A stretch of 61,577 nucleotides of DNA, filler included, from Choristocarpus tenellus KU-1152 (lineage: Eukaryota; Protista; Phaeophyceae), in the NCBI GenBank assembly GCA_964200185.2. It is 9 parts of 9 records of this genome, joined end to end, with 100 filler letters (N's around TTAATTAATTAA, not from the genome) between each part and the next. Parts side by side here need not be neighbours in the genome. Positions count along the whole stretch, not along the records: positions 1 to 4,809 come from CAXNAD020012976.1; positions 4,910 to 12,098 come from CAXNAD020006566.1; positions 12,199 to 29,738 come from CAXNAD020000663.1; 6 more parts are not named here. The stretch is one strand, 5' to 3'. Made by a program: the position numbers and the translations under genes. Positions 1 through 12,219 of the stretch are shown in pieces; position 1 is the stretch's first letter, and each line of letters begins with the position of its first letter. The notes beneath the pieces were generated by a model. It did no database searches. It was given only the letters and a program-made list of their open reading frames with translations, and was not told where the DNA came from.

Positions 1-102
1 CATTCATTGCAGTAAAATGCCCAAAACTGGTGTTGCGAAATACCCCCCACCCTCCCTCTCCCTCCAGGGTGGGTATCAGTGTCAATTAAGTTTTAAAAGC
101 TT

Positions 103-540
103 GACCCAAAGTAAAGGAGAGGTACCCAGGTCTGGCTCGAAGTACCTGAGGGGAGGGGGGGTCTACAAGAGGGTGTCCGTTCGAGCCCTGACCAGGAGAA
201 GCGCACTTACATTATCCATCCGAGTCATGCAACCAAATTCATCCAAAAATCGCGACATGGAAAGATGGGCCCCAAATGGACAGTCGCCACCCCCCCCAGA
301 TACTTTGAGCCTTTTTGATCGTGTTACATTTTAACCCAGGTTTTCAATCTTCCATAATTCACCCATATTTCTATGGATGAGGTGGAAGTTTGATTTGAGA
401 ACATTGATTTCTGTGTTTATTATATTTTTTAGACATAATTCAGAAAATGTCCCGCACAAAATTGTAATAATAGAATTGTACATATATTTTTCAGCATCAT
501 CAAGAAAACAGTCCTGGGCACGTCTCGTTTGCTTTAACTC
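103..540 (-). mobile_element. MITE family C, copy 1 (~257 bp plus a nested family A MITE)
   Basis: Ends GACCCAAAGTAAAGGAGAGGTACC ... CGTCTCGTTTGCTTTAACTC, flanked by a CTT/CTT 3-bp duplication (100-102, 541-543). Its reverse complement, minus 134-311, aligns by eye along its length with 35957-36219. Confidence 0.8.
134..311 (+). mobile_element. MITE family A copy nested inside family C copy 1
   Basis: TIRs GGCTCGAAGTACCTGAGGGG / CCCCCCAGATACTTTGAGCC; internal sequence matches 39401, 42360, 48791 and 50205 copies; imperfect TSD TCT/TTT. Confidence 0.85.
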
Positions 541-1412
541 CTTGCTCATTGCGGAGGTCTGCTTTACTACAATTGTGAACCTTCTCGCAGAAACTCTGAA
601 CCTAAATCCTGGATGGACACTCCCTATAATGCAGGCAGTCAATCCCAGAATTGAACTCTCTATTACTATATCCACTCAACCGATGTGCTCTACTTCATCA
701 TGGGTGGCCTATTTCGTCTAGGACTGACTCCTTCATTGCCAGTCCCACTCTTCATTGCCAGTCCCACTCCATGGTTGCCTCTCTCCTTGTTGTTACAAGT
801 CTGTTTTAAGGGTATCATCCCCGTCTTCCACTCACTCCGCTCTTGCCTCTTACTGCCATACACTCATCATGCAATAACAGATCGCTTCAACACCCTTCAG
901 AACACTACATTAGTGACTAGAGATAACGATCAGTCGTGAAAGGAAATTTTCTGGGTACTAATGAATTACTTTAGCGAGTGTGGCAGATTATCATGTCGTC
1001 TCGCTAGAAATATCAACACTATGTTTTTTGAGGTGTTATCTGCAACAGTAGTGAGAGGTCCTTACACTCAGGGGGGGGAAAGGTATTAAATTATTGGACG
1101 GATGAAGACTCGTATTGCGGACAGAGGTATCCGAAAAAGGTCGTACACCAAGGACAGTGGAGTGTCCCGAACACAGAGAATATTTATACATGGCGTTAAT
1201 ATTGTTGTTTTGAATGGTGCGTCAAATTGATCGATCATTTTAATCTCAAACAAAGTCTAAATGTGAGGATGCAATAGTTTCAACGACATACCCGTATATT
1301 GATGGTGATGTATGTAGTTGCTCCCCATCGTGCCGTTACTACTAGTAATAATCAGATGAAAAACGCAGAAAATACTCTATTCACAACAATCCTAGTAACA
1401 GTTTATCACAAC

Positions 1413-3187
1413 ATGCAAACGGTCACCCATGACGCTGGGGGTTACGATGTGCATGCCGCAGCACTCAAGGGTGATCTAGGGACTGTTGAAGCGTTCGTTA
1501 AAGGTGGGGGAGATCCCAACTTCGTCAACAAGGCGGGAATCACACCACTCCATAGGTGCCTAATAGGACGAGTAGCAGCAAACACTACTCTGTGCTGCTC
1601 TAGTATAGGGATGCAGTTTCCCAAGAAGAAGAAGTAGCCAGAGGGAGATTTGCAGGCTGGTCATGATTCTCTGCTCGCTCTTCCAAGTCTCTCGGCCTGG
1701 TTCCTGGCTTGTCGCATCTCCAATAATCTCGAGGATCATGATACTGGATAAGCCTCACAACGAAAAGCGTTGCTCCACCTTGCCTTGAGGGTGTATACCT
1801 TCAGTGTCTCTTGTGTCTCTGAATGGTTATGAAGTGACCTCTTAAATCCTGGCCCTGGTTCCCCATTCCACGCATTACTATGCAAGCGCCGCGTTAGAAG
1901 GACATACGGCTGTTGTACATTACCTCGTCGCTGCTGGAGCCGACACTGACCTCAAAGCTGCAAGAGATGGGTCCAGCCATGATGCCTCCCCTCTTCTATT
2001 GGCTGTGCTCAATGGTCACCTTGCAGCTGCGCAGGTTCTTCTTCAGTCTGGGTGAGTTTACCAAAGTTCATGTGGACTGCCGTTTTGACTTGCTTGAAGG
2101 GGACCTACATTGCATCGAGGGACACTAACTTGCCGCAAAAACCGCATACCTCTACCTGTGACCTGATGAACGCTTGAAATATGAACAAGCAGTGCAGTAC
2201 AACTCACATGTAAAGTAGAAAGTACTCAGGAATGGTTTTATTCATCTTATGCACCTTATGCTTGAGCAAAAGACCTTCAAAACTTCTTGGTACCCCCAAC
2301 TCTGTCGGACTTGATCGTGGTGATGAACTTGATGTAGGTCAATTTCATCCCTAGAGTTGATAGGGTACGACCCTGGCAGTACCTAACTGCAATTCACCCT
2401 GCCCTGTCCAGGGCTGAGGTTGGGGTGAAGAACAATAAAGGACTCTCTCCTCTGCACGTCTCCTGTCTCAAACCAAATGCTGACATGGCAGAGCTACTTA
2501 TCTTGTGGGGCGCTGACCTCAACTCAAGAGACCGAAAGAAGAAAACGCCATTGGACTTGATTGGTAAGTTTGCTTCTTTCCTGTCCCAGTGTTGTGGTCA
2601 TGCTACCTTGCTTGATGTCAATTGCTTATTATTTGAAGGACCATACAAGAACCTAGACTGTCTCAGTGATAGGTCTCAGTGTTAAGGTTTCCCAGTGCTT
2701 TGACATACCAAAATGTCAAACTATGTCCATACTCTCCTTTGCTTTGGGCTTGTACCTATTGTTGATACCAGGTCGCATGAGCAAGAAGCAAAACACTGAC
2801 GATTCAGAGGAGGAAGCACGAGTTCGAAAAGTACTGCATACAGCACTTGAAAATCAGGCAGCTCGTACTGCATGCCCCTCTGGCAGGGTCAATGATCTCA
2901 ATCCTCAAGTACTCAAGAGTGATAGTGTTCCAGAGCCCCTCCCTCTTCCACCTAATCGGACATGTACCAGAAACGAGGTGGAATATCCACCAAATCCTCT
3001 TCAACCACCTGCACAACCGCTATTATCAATGGCCTTGGCCTCTCAATCGGAGGATATGGCGAATACAGGTACCACCCTCACATTGCCAGAGCACTCTCCC
3101 TCAGTGGAATTTTGTTATGTTTCCACTATTGATATTTTGACTACCACCACAAGCACTCATGCAGAGTGTCCCATTCCTGTTTTCTGA
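1413..3187 (+). CDS. Ankyrin-repeat protein; exons ~1413-1555, 1887-2051, 2412-2563, 2772-3187
   Basis: Phase-compatible GT-AG splicing gives ~4 ankyrin repeats: VHAAALKGDLGTV..GITPLHSAALEGHTAVVHYLVAAGAD..SPLLLAVLNGHLAAAQVLLQSGA..GLSPLHVSCLKPNADMAELLILWGADLNSRD..TPLD, then a Pro-rich tail. The 3' end is uncertain. Confidence 0.8.
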
Positions 3188-4527
3188 AATAACACAAAGA
3201 ACATAAAAGATATTGAGACTATGATTGCATGGCGCAGTAACGCCAGTATTGAAGGCTTGTCATGCAAATGGTTATTTTTTTACTCAGATGGAGAAAAGGG
3301 GGAGCATTTAACCTGATGTATACTCATCCTGATGCACACAACATGGCAAGACCCTGCACAACTGGAGATTTATAGTCTTCTGTTCTACTGCATAGAACAA
3401 AATTCCTATATTATGTTTAGAAAATTCCCATGTTCTCTCACCTGTGCCCATCATTTATTCCTAAATATAGTAGAGGATGGAGTGCAGGTTGAGCTATATC
3501 TTTCTAATCGTGAAGAAAATATGGTTTCATTTCATTTAGTTGGCTGGTCAGGTTCCTGGTCTTATATTATCATTCACAATGGATAGTTGCTCCAAGGCTC
3601 AAGCCTCCTGCCTCCCATATTCTATGTATCCTTTTTATTTTCACCTTAATGTTTTTGTACAAAATATCCACTGTGCTACAGCAAACCCTTCTTCCCCAGT
3701 ATCCAGATATTCAAAGGGAGGAAACTTGACAGCGAGTTCAACCCACATTTCTACGCAAGATTGCTTGACTCCTGAAGCAGCTTCATGGTCATTTATGTCC
3801 CAGGAATGCTTTATTGGGGGGACTATCGTTGGAGGAGAGTATGAGCTGGAGAAGGTAACACACTGGCATGCGGTTGAAAGAGGACTTACAGGCATCTTGA
3901 GACAAAATAATATTGTGGATAAGGAAAGGGATACATATACCTTTCATTGTCTGAGCAATTCTAGCTCAAAAGGACTTTGGGGAATCTCATATCAATATGC
4001 CAATGTATAATTACACATTCAGTTCACCAATGTTGATTATTGCAAGGTATTATTATTATCTTCAACTTCATTAGCCGAACTTTTCAACCAAAATGAGACT
4101 TCAACTTCATTAGCATGTTCCCCCTCACTCAATTCAGTGATAAGAAGTTCATAGGACTTATTGAAGGCTGAACCACCCACCACCCGAGCTTGGAAAAAAC
4201 TTGACTGGACTACACCCACATTGGACACCTATTCTGAGACACCAAAAATGCTGCTCAGAGTTGAAATCAAACAACAATCAAACCTCAAGTTCAAGGCTAC
4301 CATCCCTGCGCTTTCTTTGGAGATGTTGACAATATCTCTTCTCTCATGTACGCTTGAATAGACAGGGTGCAGTCTAATCACTCTTTCCAGCCGAGAATCA
4401 AGATAGCAATGTCTTTGAAGAACCCATCAGATGATTTTTCTCCAAGAAGGCCGGCCTAGCTGGGGGTGTATCTTTGTGTCCCTTGAATCACGATAACATG
4501 TGCAAAATATCACCTGACAGAAAATAT

Positions 4528-4788
4528 GAGCCAAAGTATCTTAGAGGGTAGGACCGCGTCCATTTGGGGGTCAAAATCCAATGTCGCGATTTTGATATAA
4601 TTTTGGCTATCGTGTTTGTTAGTAAGTGCCAATATCCATGTTCTGGACAAGCCTCTTCATATTGTATTCATTTTACCTACTCGAAAGCATTTTGGGGTAG
4701 GTAAAAATGTCATTAAAAAAAACATGGGAAGCCAAGCCCCAAATGGACAAACAGGGCAAAACTCGTACCCTCTAAGCTACTTTCACTC
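4528..4788 (+). mobile_element. MITE family B copy
   Basis: TIRs GAGCCAAAGTATCTTAGAGGGTA / TACCCTCTAAGCTACTTTCACTC; TSD TAT/TAT; matches 12768-13025. Confidence 0.85.
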
Positions 4789-4809
4789 TATAGTACGTAC
4801 AACGTGGTA

Positions 4810-4909
4810 NNNNNNNNNNNNNNNNNNNNNNNNNNNNNNNNNNNNNNNNNNNNTTAATTAATTAANNNNNNNNNNNNNNNNNNNNNNNNNNNNNNNNNNN
4901 NNNNNNNNN
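4810..4909. other. Artificial contig linker (also 12099-12198, 29739-29838, 33565-33664, 37116-37215, 44003-44102, 47469-47568, 51520-51619)
   Basis: Identical 44N-TTAATTAATTAA-44N spacer with stops in all six frames, present eight times. Confidence 0.97.
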
Positions 4910-5470
4910 GGGGGGTGGTTGTGGGGGGGGAGGGGAAAGAAAAAAAAGGAAGAAAGACAAGGAGGGGGGGGGAAGGAGGGAGAGAGGGAATGGAATCACA
5001 TCTGGAGATTGTAGAAATATTGACAATGTTGGTACGGAAATGTGCTGCAGAGGGCAATGTGAATAGAGGTGAAGTGCTTGAGTTTGAAAAAAAGCACTTT
5101 ACTCGAGTATTTTTCTGAGGCATCTATCTTCCTTTGCTACCCCACAATTTTTCAGAGAGTACACAAGCACTAAGGGGGTGTTTCTTTGGATTCCCTCTCA
5201 TTATATGTAAGAACACACTATCAACCCAACCTAATCCACTGCTTGCTCCAAACAAGAGCTGTCTGACGATTTTCCCATGATACTCTCCCCAAAACCTTTG
5301 ACATCTGGCCCTAGCAAAGCATTTTTGGAGCACCCCATCTCATATCACAAAATATGACAATTGTGTAGCTTAATTGTTCTCACAGTAATCCCCTCTTGAT
5401 GAAACGTGCTTGGAGGAAAATAACCTAATTACTGCTATCACTTTCAAGTATGCACGTGAAAATATATCAC

Positions 5471-7357
5471 CTTGCCCAGACCAAAAGCCAGGGGGCATGC
5501 TGTCCCTACAGCTAATGCGTAAGACTTGATGACTGTGGCCTGATCCATGCCCGCCCCAGACCTGGCATAAGCCGCGGGGATGGGGAAGGCAGTTTATGTC
5601 TGATGAGGCGGGACAATGGGAGGGAAATAACAATATTTGAATATGAATTTAAGCAACCATAAAAAATTGTTTTGGTCATGCTGAGATCTAAGGTTCTTAA
5701 AATTTGTTCCTGCAAACTGGATGCACCCACAAAACAGTCAGCATGCACTCCACAGCAGCTGTGGACTTGTGTGTTCCGTAAACATAAGCCATCAGAAAGC
5801 CAAAGGTGTCATTATAAATCAGCAGCACCCCTGTCTCAGCTAGGTCACTCTATGCCAGGTGTTTTGTGTGCTCCAGGCAACATCCAATACAATAATATCT
5901 TGGTAGCAAATAGGCATGGTCATCTCTGCATCTTGGGATGAGTAGCTACCCAGAGTGGGAGCTGGGGTAGGTAAGGATATGCAAATAGGGTCAGAGTAAA
6001 GGACAGAAAGTGAGGATTACTCTCCTCATTTAGGCCAAAATAGAATTTTTGACAGAAAGCATTTACTGGGGACACCAGTGTTACAGTTTGATATCGTAGA
6101 ACTATGTGTGCACTAAACAAAGCTCTCAAAATTGGGCCAACTACACTCTGGTAAAGCCTTTTTTTCTTTCTCAAGCAAGTATTTCACCTGTTGTAGTAGT
6201 TGACGGCTGTGTTCAGGCTTTGATTGACCCAGTGAGATATCACCTGTTCAATCACAATGAGGAGAGAAATTATCATTTGACGTGCTGGATATGGGAAGAG
6301 GTTGTGAAAAGGCATGTATGTGTTTTTGAACTATACATTACTGAATATCATGGTCTATTCTATGCATACAGCATAATATCTCCTGTTAGAACAAGGGCAC
6401 ATTCCATCCTCGAAAAGGGCAGCACAAATGTACCTGGACGGGTATGCTGGTTGTGAAAACCATTGCTGCTATGATGGGGACATTGCAGAGAAGGAACCCC
6501 GACATGCGGAAGGGGGGTGGGATGACCTCCCCGCTGACAGGGTTGCAACAAGCACTCACGACGGCTTCAGCTCGTTGAAGAACTGTCTTCGATGTTCCAG
6601 CTGTCTGCTAGAGTGATTACGATTAAGGGAATCACGCGACGCACAGGGAGTAGTGAGGCGGGGGATGCAGATTTTGATCTTTATCAATGCCCCCTTGGTG
6701 AAGGAATTGAACTGCAACCTTGACGGCGTCCAATAGCGAACATGTTGTTGAACTGAAGTGGTACTTCGAAGTAGTAGTGGCACGCCATGAGTAACTAGCA
6801 TCCAAACAAAAGTATCAAGGGTCATTTAATCGAGGGAAGAACCTCTTCGACTTGTGCAGTATGGGATATGTCGACCTTTAAAGCCTGTCAGCTATCCATA
6901 CCCCACCTCGCAGTGTCCTCCCTGTTGGTATGCTTGGAGCAGGGTCTGGCAACGACGAGCCTCAGCAGTTGAGACAGTTACATTCCTGGGGTCCATTATC
7001 TCCGTTAGCCTTAACAAGCGCCCAATATAGGTGTCTTGGTCATGTCCTATGGCGGACCGTGCAGAAGTTGGAAGGACTGATAGATCGGGTTTCTCAGCTG
7101 TGCAAACAGTATCTAGGTCTTCCGACTCTCGTCTCGCCTTGCTTCCATCGAAGCAGAGTGCGTGGTCTGCCGCTAAGAAAGAGAATCCTGGGGATAGTTG
7201 CATAGAAAACGTTGTTACTCAGGTCAGCAGAGCGAGAGCGAAAGGGTGAGAAAGGTATCTACACTTAGTGGCCACCATCCTATGCGTTCCATTTTTCACC
7301 TGCAGCCAATGAGCCCACCAGCATCTTGTCTGTAACTATCCCTCGTTTTAGAAGCAT
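5471..7357 (-). CDS. SFXN: Sideroflexin (mitochondrial inner-membrane carrier), 3'-truncated; exons ~7357-7300, 7187-6907, 6604-6434, 6243-6188, 5561-5471
   Basis: Spliced translation carries family motifs: HDQDTYIGRLLRLTEIMDPRN, CNPVSGEVIPPPFRMSGFLLCNVPI, HWVNQSLNTAVNYYNRS, SYALAVGTAC. All junctions are GT-AG and in phase. Confidence 0.9.
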
Positions 7358-7634
7358 GTCATCCGCCAGTGGGGTGTTTAAGTCTAGCTACTGCAGTTCA
7401 AGCACGAAAATGAACGAAAGGAAGCCCCCAAACTTTTGCGAATATGAGGTGTATCTAAGGGGAAGGGAAGGTTGAAGGTTGGTTGAAAGTTTTCATATCA
7501 AGACGAGAAAAGGTACAGCTATAGTGACATTTTAAGGTGTCTGTTCAATCTCTCATCTCTTAGCAACCACCATCTCACCTCGAACGATGGTTTGGAGGTT
7601 TTGTCGTGTTTGACCTCGACGCGAAATCTATTGT
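7358..7634. promoter_or_regulatory. Putative bidirectional promoter between sideroflexin and DEAD-box helicase
   Basis: Only ~280 bp separate two divergently oriented predicted start codons within one contig. Confidence 0.5.
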
Positions 7635-10600
7635 ATGAGAACTCTAAGGACGACCCGTGTGCTATCAATGTTTTCCTTCATAGGACGTCGAGCCTCGACT
7701 CTGATGATTACGGGTGTTGGAGTCCCTTCTCCTCGCTGTGGTGTCTATGTTGGAACGGTCCGTGGTGTCCAAGGTTTCATATCTGCGCTTTACAGGCCAA
7801 GGCTCTATGGCATTGTCACGGGGATGGAGAGTCGGTCGAATCTTCACGTGTCCAGGGTGTCGAATTCCAGGCGACAAATGTCAACGGCGCTGTCCAAGGC
7901 TATTGACTCTAACGTCCCAGACAGCACCGCAGAGACCACACTAGACCAAGTGGGTTAGAGTACTTGCACGACTGAAAGATAATCCTAACACACCTGCTGC
8001 GTCTAGGTTCTGTGGTGGAGATTTCGCTGTCAATGAATAATCACCAGAGGGCGCTCAATGTCCCTTACACCAACTCACCCTTAAAACCACAGATCACGTC
8101 AGAGAGGTTCGACTACCTTCCCTTGTCCGATAACACGCGTAATGCCATCTCAGAAGTTCTCAAGTACGAATTTATGACTAAGGTTCAGGCGCAGTCCATC
8201 CCCGTCTGCATTGAGGGTGAGCCCTCTCCCCACCTGCAGACTTCCCAGTCCTAGCCCTATCCAATTTCGTTTGCTCTCTTGTCAATAATTATGATTGGAA
8301 TCGATGTCCTACTGTGGGATTTTAATAGTGTTGAAGACATCGGTAACTCCCATCTCCTACTTCCCGCCTCCCATCTCCCATCTCCCATCTCCCACCTATC
8401 AACTCGATAATGGAGACTTCTAGATGATTCTGGACCCAGCGATTTCGCGAACAACAGAAGTCATTTCATACCGAGCAACTAATTTTGTATTGTACTGTTG
8501 TGTCGCTTCAAAGAGAAGTATCTAGAACTTTGGCGAGCTCTTTTTCGTGGACATTAGCAATGCTCGTTAAGTCTTCATGCAAGCGGATTCCTACCTGACA
8601 CCGACCAACTTGATCAAGAGGGATGGAAGTAAAGAGGATGTGGAAGGTCGAAAAGGACCTTACTCCGACAAATGGTTCCTCTGCCAAGGCGTAGTAAGGC
8701 CGACTAAATAGATCTGTAGTAGTAATGGGTGCAGGCTAGGTCCCCTTTCCCAGTGTTGTCCCAGACTTGAACGCCACTGAAATGCTGAACTACATATGTT
8801 ACTTGGGTTGAGCCCAAATGTTTCAGGGAAATATTTTTTTGGAAGGTGTTTTTTTCTTGCCAGCTTGGCTATCCTTTTCCCCTGTGCATTATTATGCGCC
8901 CAATGCAATTGTTTGCTCATTAAATACAGCAACAAGAACCCAGCACAGTAGCATGTGAATAAAGCTGGGATGTAGGCTTTTGTCCTCATACTCCTCCCCC
9001 CTCACTGACAATAGGAGGCGATGTTTTGGCCAAGGCAAAGACGGGTACAGGCAAGACCCTGGCCTTCCTGATCCCTGCAATTGAGCGGGCAGCGAGAAGA
9101 GGGCAAAAGACCAAGGGTGTCTCAGGGCTCATCATTAGCCCCACTCATGAGCTTGCCCAGCAGATTGCCACGGAGGCTCAGCAGGTTTGAGACACCCCCC
9201 CAAAATGGGCTTGTCTTGTGTGAGGATCAAAGGAAACATGGATGGATGATTGGAAGAGAAGCAGAGTGGATGCTCTTAAGGGCAATGCCTTTTACTGTAT
9301 TGCCCGACCCCACATAATGCCATACTGTCAACTTGAAACTTGTCACCATGACCTGCACTACTGTTTTGGGAGGGTGCTTTTTGGGAAGGGGACAATAGTC
9401 TTGAGGTCTAGACCGCACTTTACAGGTATACATGTGAATCTGCTGAGGGCGGCCGTCGACATATATTCTTGGTTGCTATGTGCGATTCTTGCTTGCCGTG
9501 TTTACCATGAACAGCAAGAGTCAAAACACTCTGTCATTACAACATCCTTCACCACCTTGACCAGATTTTTTGTGTCATCGTGCACACCTCTGTAGTGATG
9601 GACACGCCTTCCAGAAACTGCCTCACTCCAACACTCTACTCCACCCCCACCCCCCACAAAGTTGTGCTGCTGCTACCGCACCCGCTCATGCTGTTTCCCT
9701 CTCTACTCCCACAAAGTTTTCTTAAATATTGATATTGAAAGAGTTTTCTGTTCCTCAGGTGATGTCTTTCCATGGCATGCGCCTGCAGTGTGTGGTCGGG
9801 GGAGTTAACATCAATCGTGACTTGAAAGCTCTGAGTATGGGCGTGCCTCACATACTTGTGGCCACACCAGGGAGGTGAGTAACCACATAGAAATATATGT
9901 ATCACTAGTGTCATGGTTGCTATTGTTCTTGTTTTGTGTGGTTGTGTGTGTTTTCACCACTGTGGAGTGATACTAAAAGACTCGTGTCAAGATGATAAGA
10001 CAAGGTGTGGAATTGTGACCACTTTCCTCTTGATGTAGATGAAGAGCAGCACATTCATTTGTTTTTTGAGTCTTGTCTCCACAGATGACTCCCCCCCTCC
10101 CCACATCCCTACACCCCTCCCTTTCCCTGCCTTCTTGCTCAATTGTACCAGGTCCATCACAAATACACAGCTGTGAACTCATTCCCTCTTTTTTTCTTTG
10201 TTCTACTGTTTTTTCTGCACAATGTATGCATCACCTCCTCACTCAGGCTCCAAGATTTGCTGGCAAATCATGGCCTTGGCCCAGCCATGAGGAACCTTGA
10301 CACTCTGATACTCGACGAGGGCGACCAGCTGCTGGACATGGGGTTCCGGGCTGCCATTGAGAACATCATTCGACAACTTCCAGTCACGGTGGGTGAGGCT
10401 GTCAGGTATCTATCGGCTTATCGAGAAGCCATTTGGGACTCTTGCTAGGTCATGTCCATGGTGCAAACGTGGATCCTTATCCAGCCACAGTGGGAAAAGC
10501 GATAAAAAGCATTTTGACGATCTGTAGCCTAACCCTAGCAAACGAGATCCGAGGAGCAACAGGATAAAAAAAAAAGAAAGTATTTTCTTGCAAGTGAAGT

Positions 10601-11694
10601 TTGCCTTGATATGCAGAAGGGAAGAGACTTAAGAGAGTCAATGGATGAGACCAGTGTGCATGATGAGTGCATTGGCGTGGTTGGTCTTGCAACAACAGTT
10701 ACACTTACTCATCTAACTTTTTTTTTTTTAAGAGTCTTGAATGAAGAGAGGGTTAGGGTTTGTGGTGGATGGAAAAACAGCGGACCACTTTGTCACGGGT
10801 CACACCTCTCAACCTAAGAGCGTGAAGGCGGATGAGGGATGGGTCGTAGGAGCTGGTCCGGCCCACTCTGTGTAATTTCTTTTGCGGTGTGCTGACGATT
10901 GCGTATAGGTATTCTGATATTCCAATATCTTTCCAACTGTATGGTGAAGGGCTATGGACAGAGCCTAGAGCCCACCAAGGGGTGGTTGAGGTGTCACCTG
11001 ACATCCTTAGAAGGTAGGGGATTGGTGAAGGAGCCGGTGAATGTGCTTGGGTGGCAAGGTGTCTAGGTGACTGCTGGTTTTTTGGGTTGGTTCAAGTGGA
11101 TTGTATCGGATGGCCTGCTGTTACATGTTGACCAATAGATGTTTGTGTCAAGATTCAAAATGCCACGTGTAGTCGACTTCTCTGACGGGTGTAAAGTATT
11201 GCTTTTTCAGCTCTTTCCCACCCATATCTCTTAAATCCCTCAAGGCGTTTCTGTTACTGACCTTGGCATAGCAGGAGGTATAACCCTAACCTTGTACTTC
11301 GAAAGCAAGACTTCAATGCTTCCAACTCTCTGACTCTCTGTTCTCCTCCGGAGGCACGAACACATGTTTAGGTTCACACCGAATCTATCGACACAGGTCG
11401 TGGTACACATTTGATCGACTTCATTTTTTTTTTCTGGATTCTCCTTCAGTACTGTTTCTTGTGTCCAAATTGACTTCAGACCTACCGTGCACTTACTTGT
11501 TAACAACAAATACTCCCACGTATATTATTATTATTATTATTATTTATTTTTAAGGGTGACAGGCAGACGCTCATGTTCAGCGCCACTATGCCCAAAGACG
11601 TCCAGGCCATTGCTCAACTGGCCATGAAGCCTGACTACAGCATTGTTGACTGCGTGGGTCGAGAGGACAACACCCACACCCATGTGGAACAGAG
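7635..11694 (+). CDS. DEAD-box RNA helicase, Mss116/RH31-like, probably organellar, 3'-truncated; exons ~7635-7953, 8007-8216, 9015-9184, 9759-9874, 10247-10388, 11555-11694
   Basis: Q motif ([18 protein letters not shown]), motif [14 protein letters not shown], Ia SPTHELA, GG, Ib [28 protein letters not shown]. The R/S-rich N-terminus resembles a transit peptide. Confidence 0.9.
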
Positions 11695-12077
11695 GTGGGA
11701 GTTCATATTGTACGAGCGTCTTAGGCGGTGACGGATAGATGTTTATTCGGATGGCATCACCACCGGTGGTGGAAATTTTGGTTAAAATGCGAGAAGGCTA
11801 TTTATATTTTTTTATAAACGTTTTTTAACATTTTTCTTTGAGGACCCTGGGGGTTTCATTCAAAGGAATCCTGTTGTGCACCTCCTCCTTGGACCTTTTT
11901 TGTTGTTGATGTTGTTGTTGTGTGCAGAGGGGTTGATTGATCTGCGCGCGCGCGCGCGTGTGTGTGTTATGTGTGTGTGTGTGTGTGTGTGCAACCCTAC
12001 TATTTCGCCACATGTATTGCCTGCGACTTCAATCTGTTGTGTGGGTTCATGGTGTTACGAGAAGGGGGCTGTTTTCT

Positions 12078-12098
12078 GGGTCAAAGTATCTGGGGGGG
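12078..12098. mobile_element. MITE family A terminal fragment at contig end (similar fragments at 33665-33691, 43962-44002, 47390-47468, 47569-47662, 51478-51519)
   Basis: G(G/A)NNCAAAGTATCTG followed by poly-G (or its reverse complement) directly at linker boundaries. Confidence 0.8.
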
Positions 12099-12219
12099 NN
12101 NNNNNNNNNNNNNNNNNNNNNNNNNNNNNNNNNNNNNNNNNNTTAATTAATTAANNNNNNNNNNNNNNNNNNNNNNNNNNNNNNNNNNNNNNNNNNNNTG
12201 TCTTGCCTGTCTGTATTTG

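Noticed and set aside
17-721. ORFs containing PKYLGGGG/PPPDTL-type peptides (also near 39287, 42204, 48724, 50186)
   Set aside because: Chance translations of MITE sequences, not genes.
3540-4361. Long ORFs on both strands downstream of the ankyrin gene
   Set aside because: In-frame stops, no recognisable motif, and no convincing splice connection.
4810-4909. Recurrent TTAATTAATTAA motif within N-runs, and apparent gene neighbourhoods across them
   Set aside because: Synthetic six-frame-stop linker; contigs on either side need not be adjacent.
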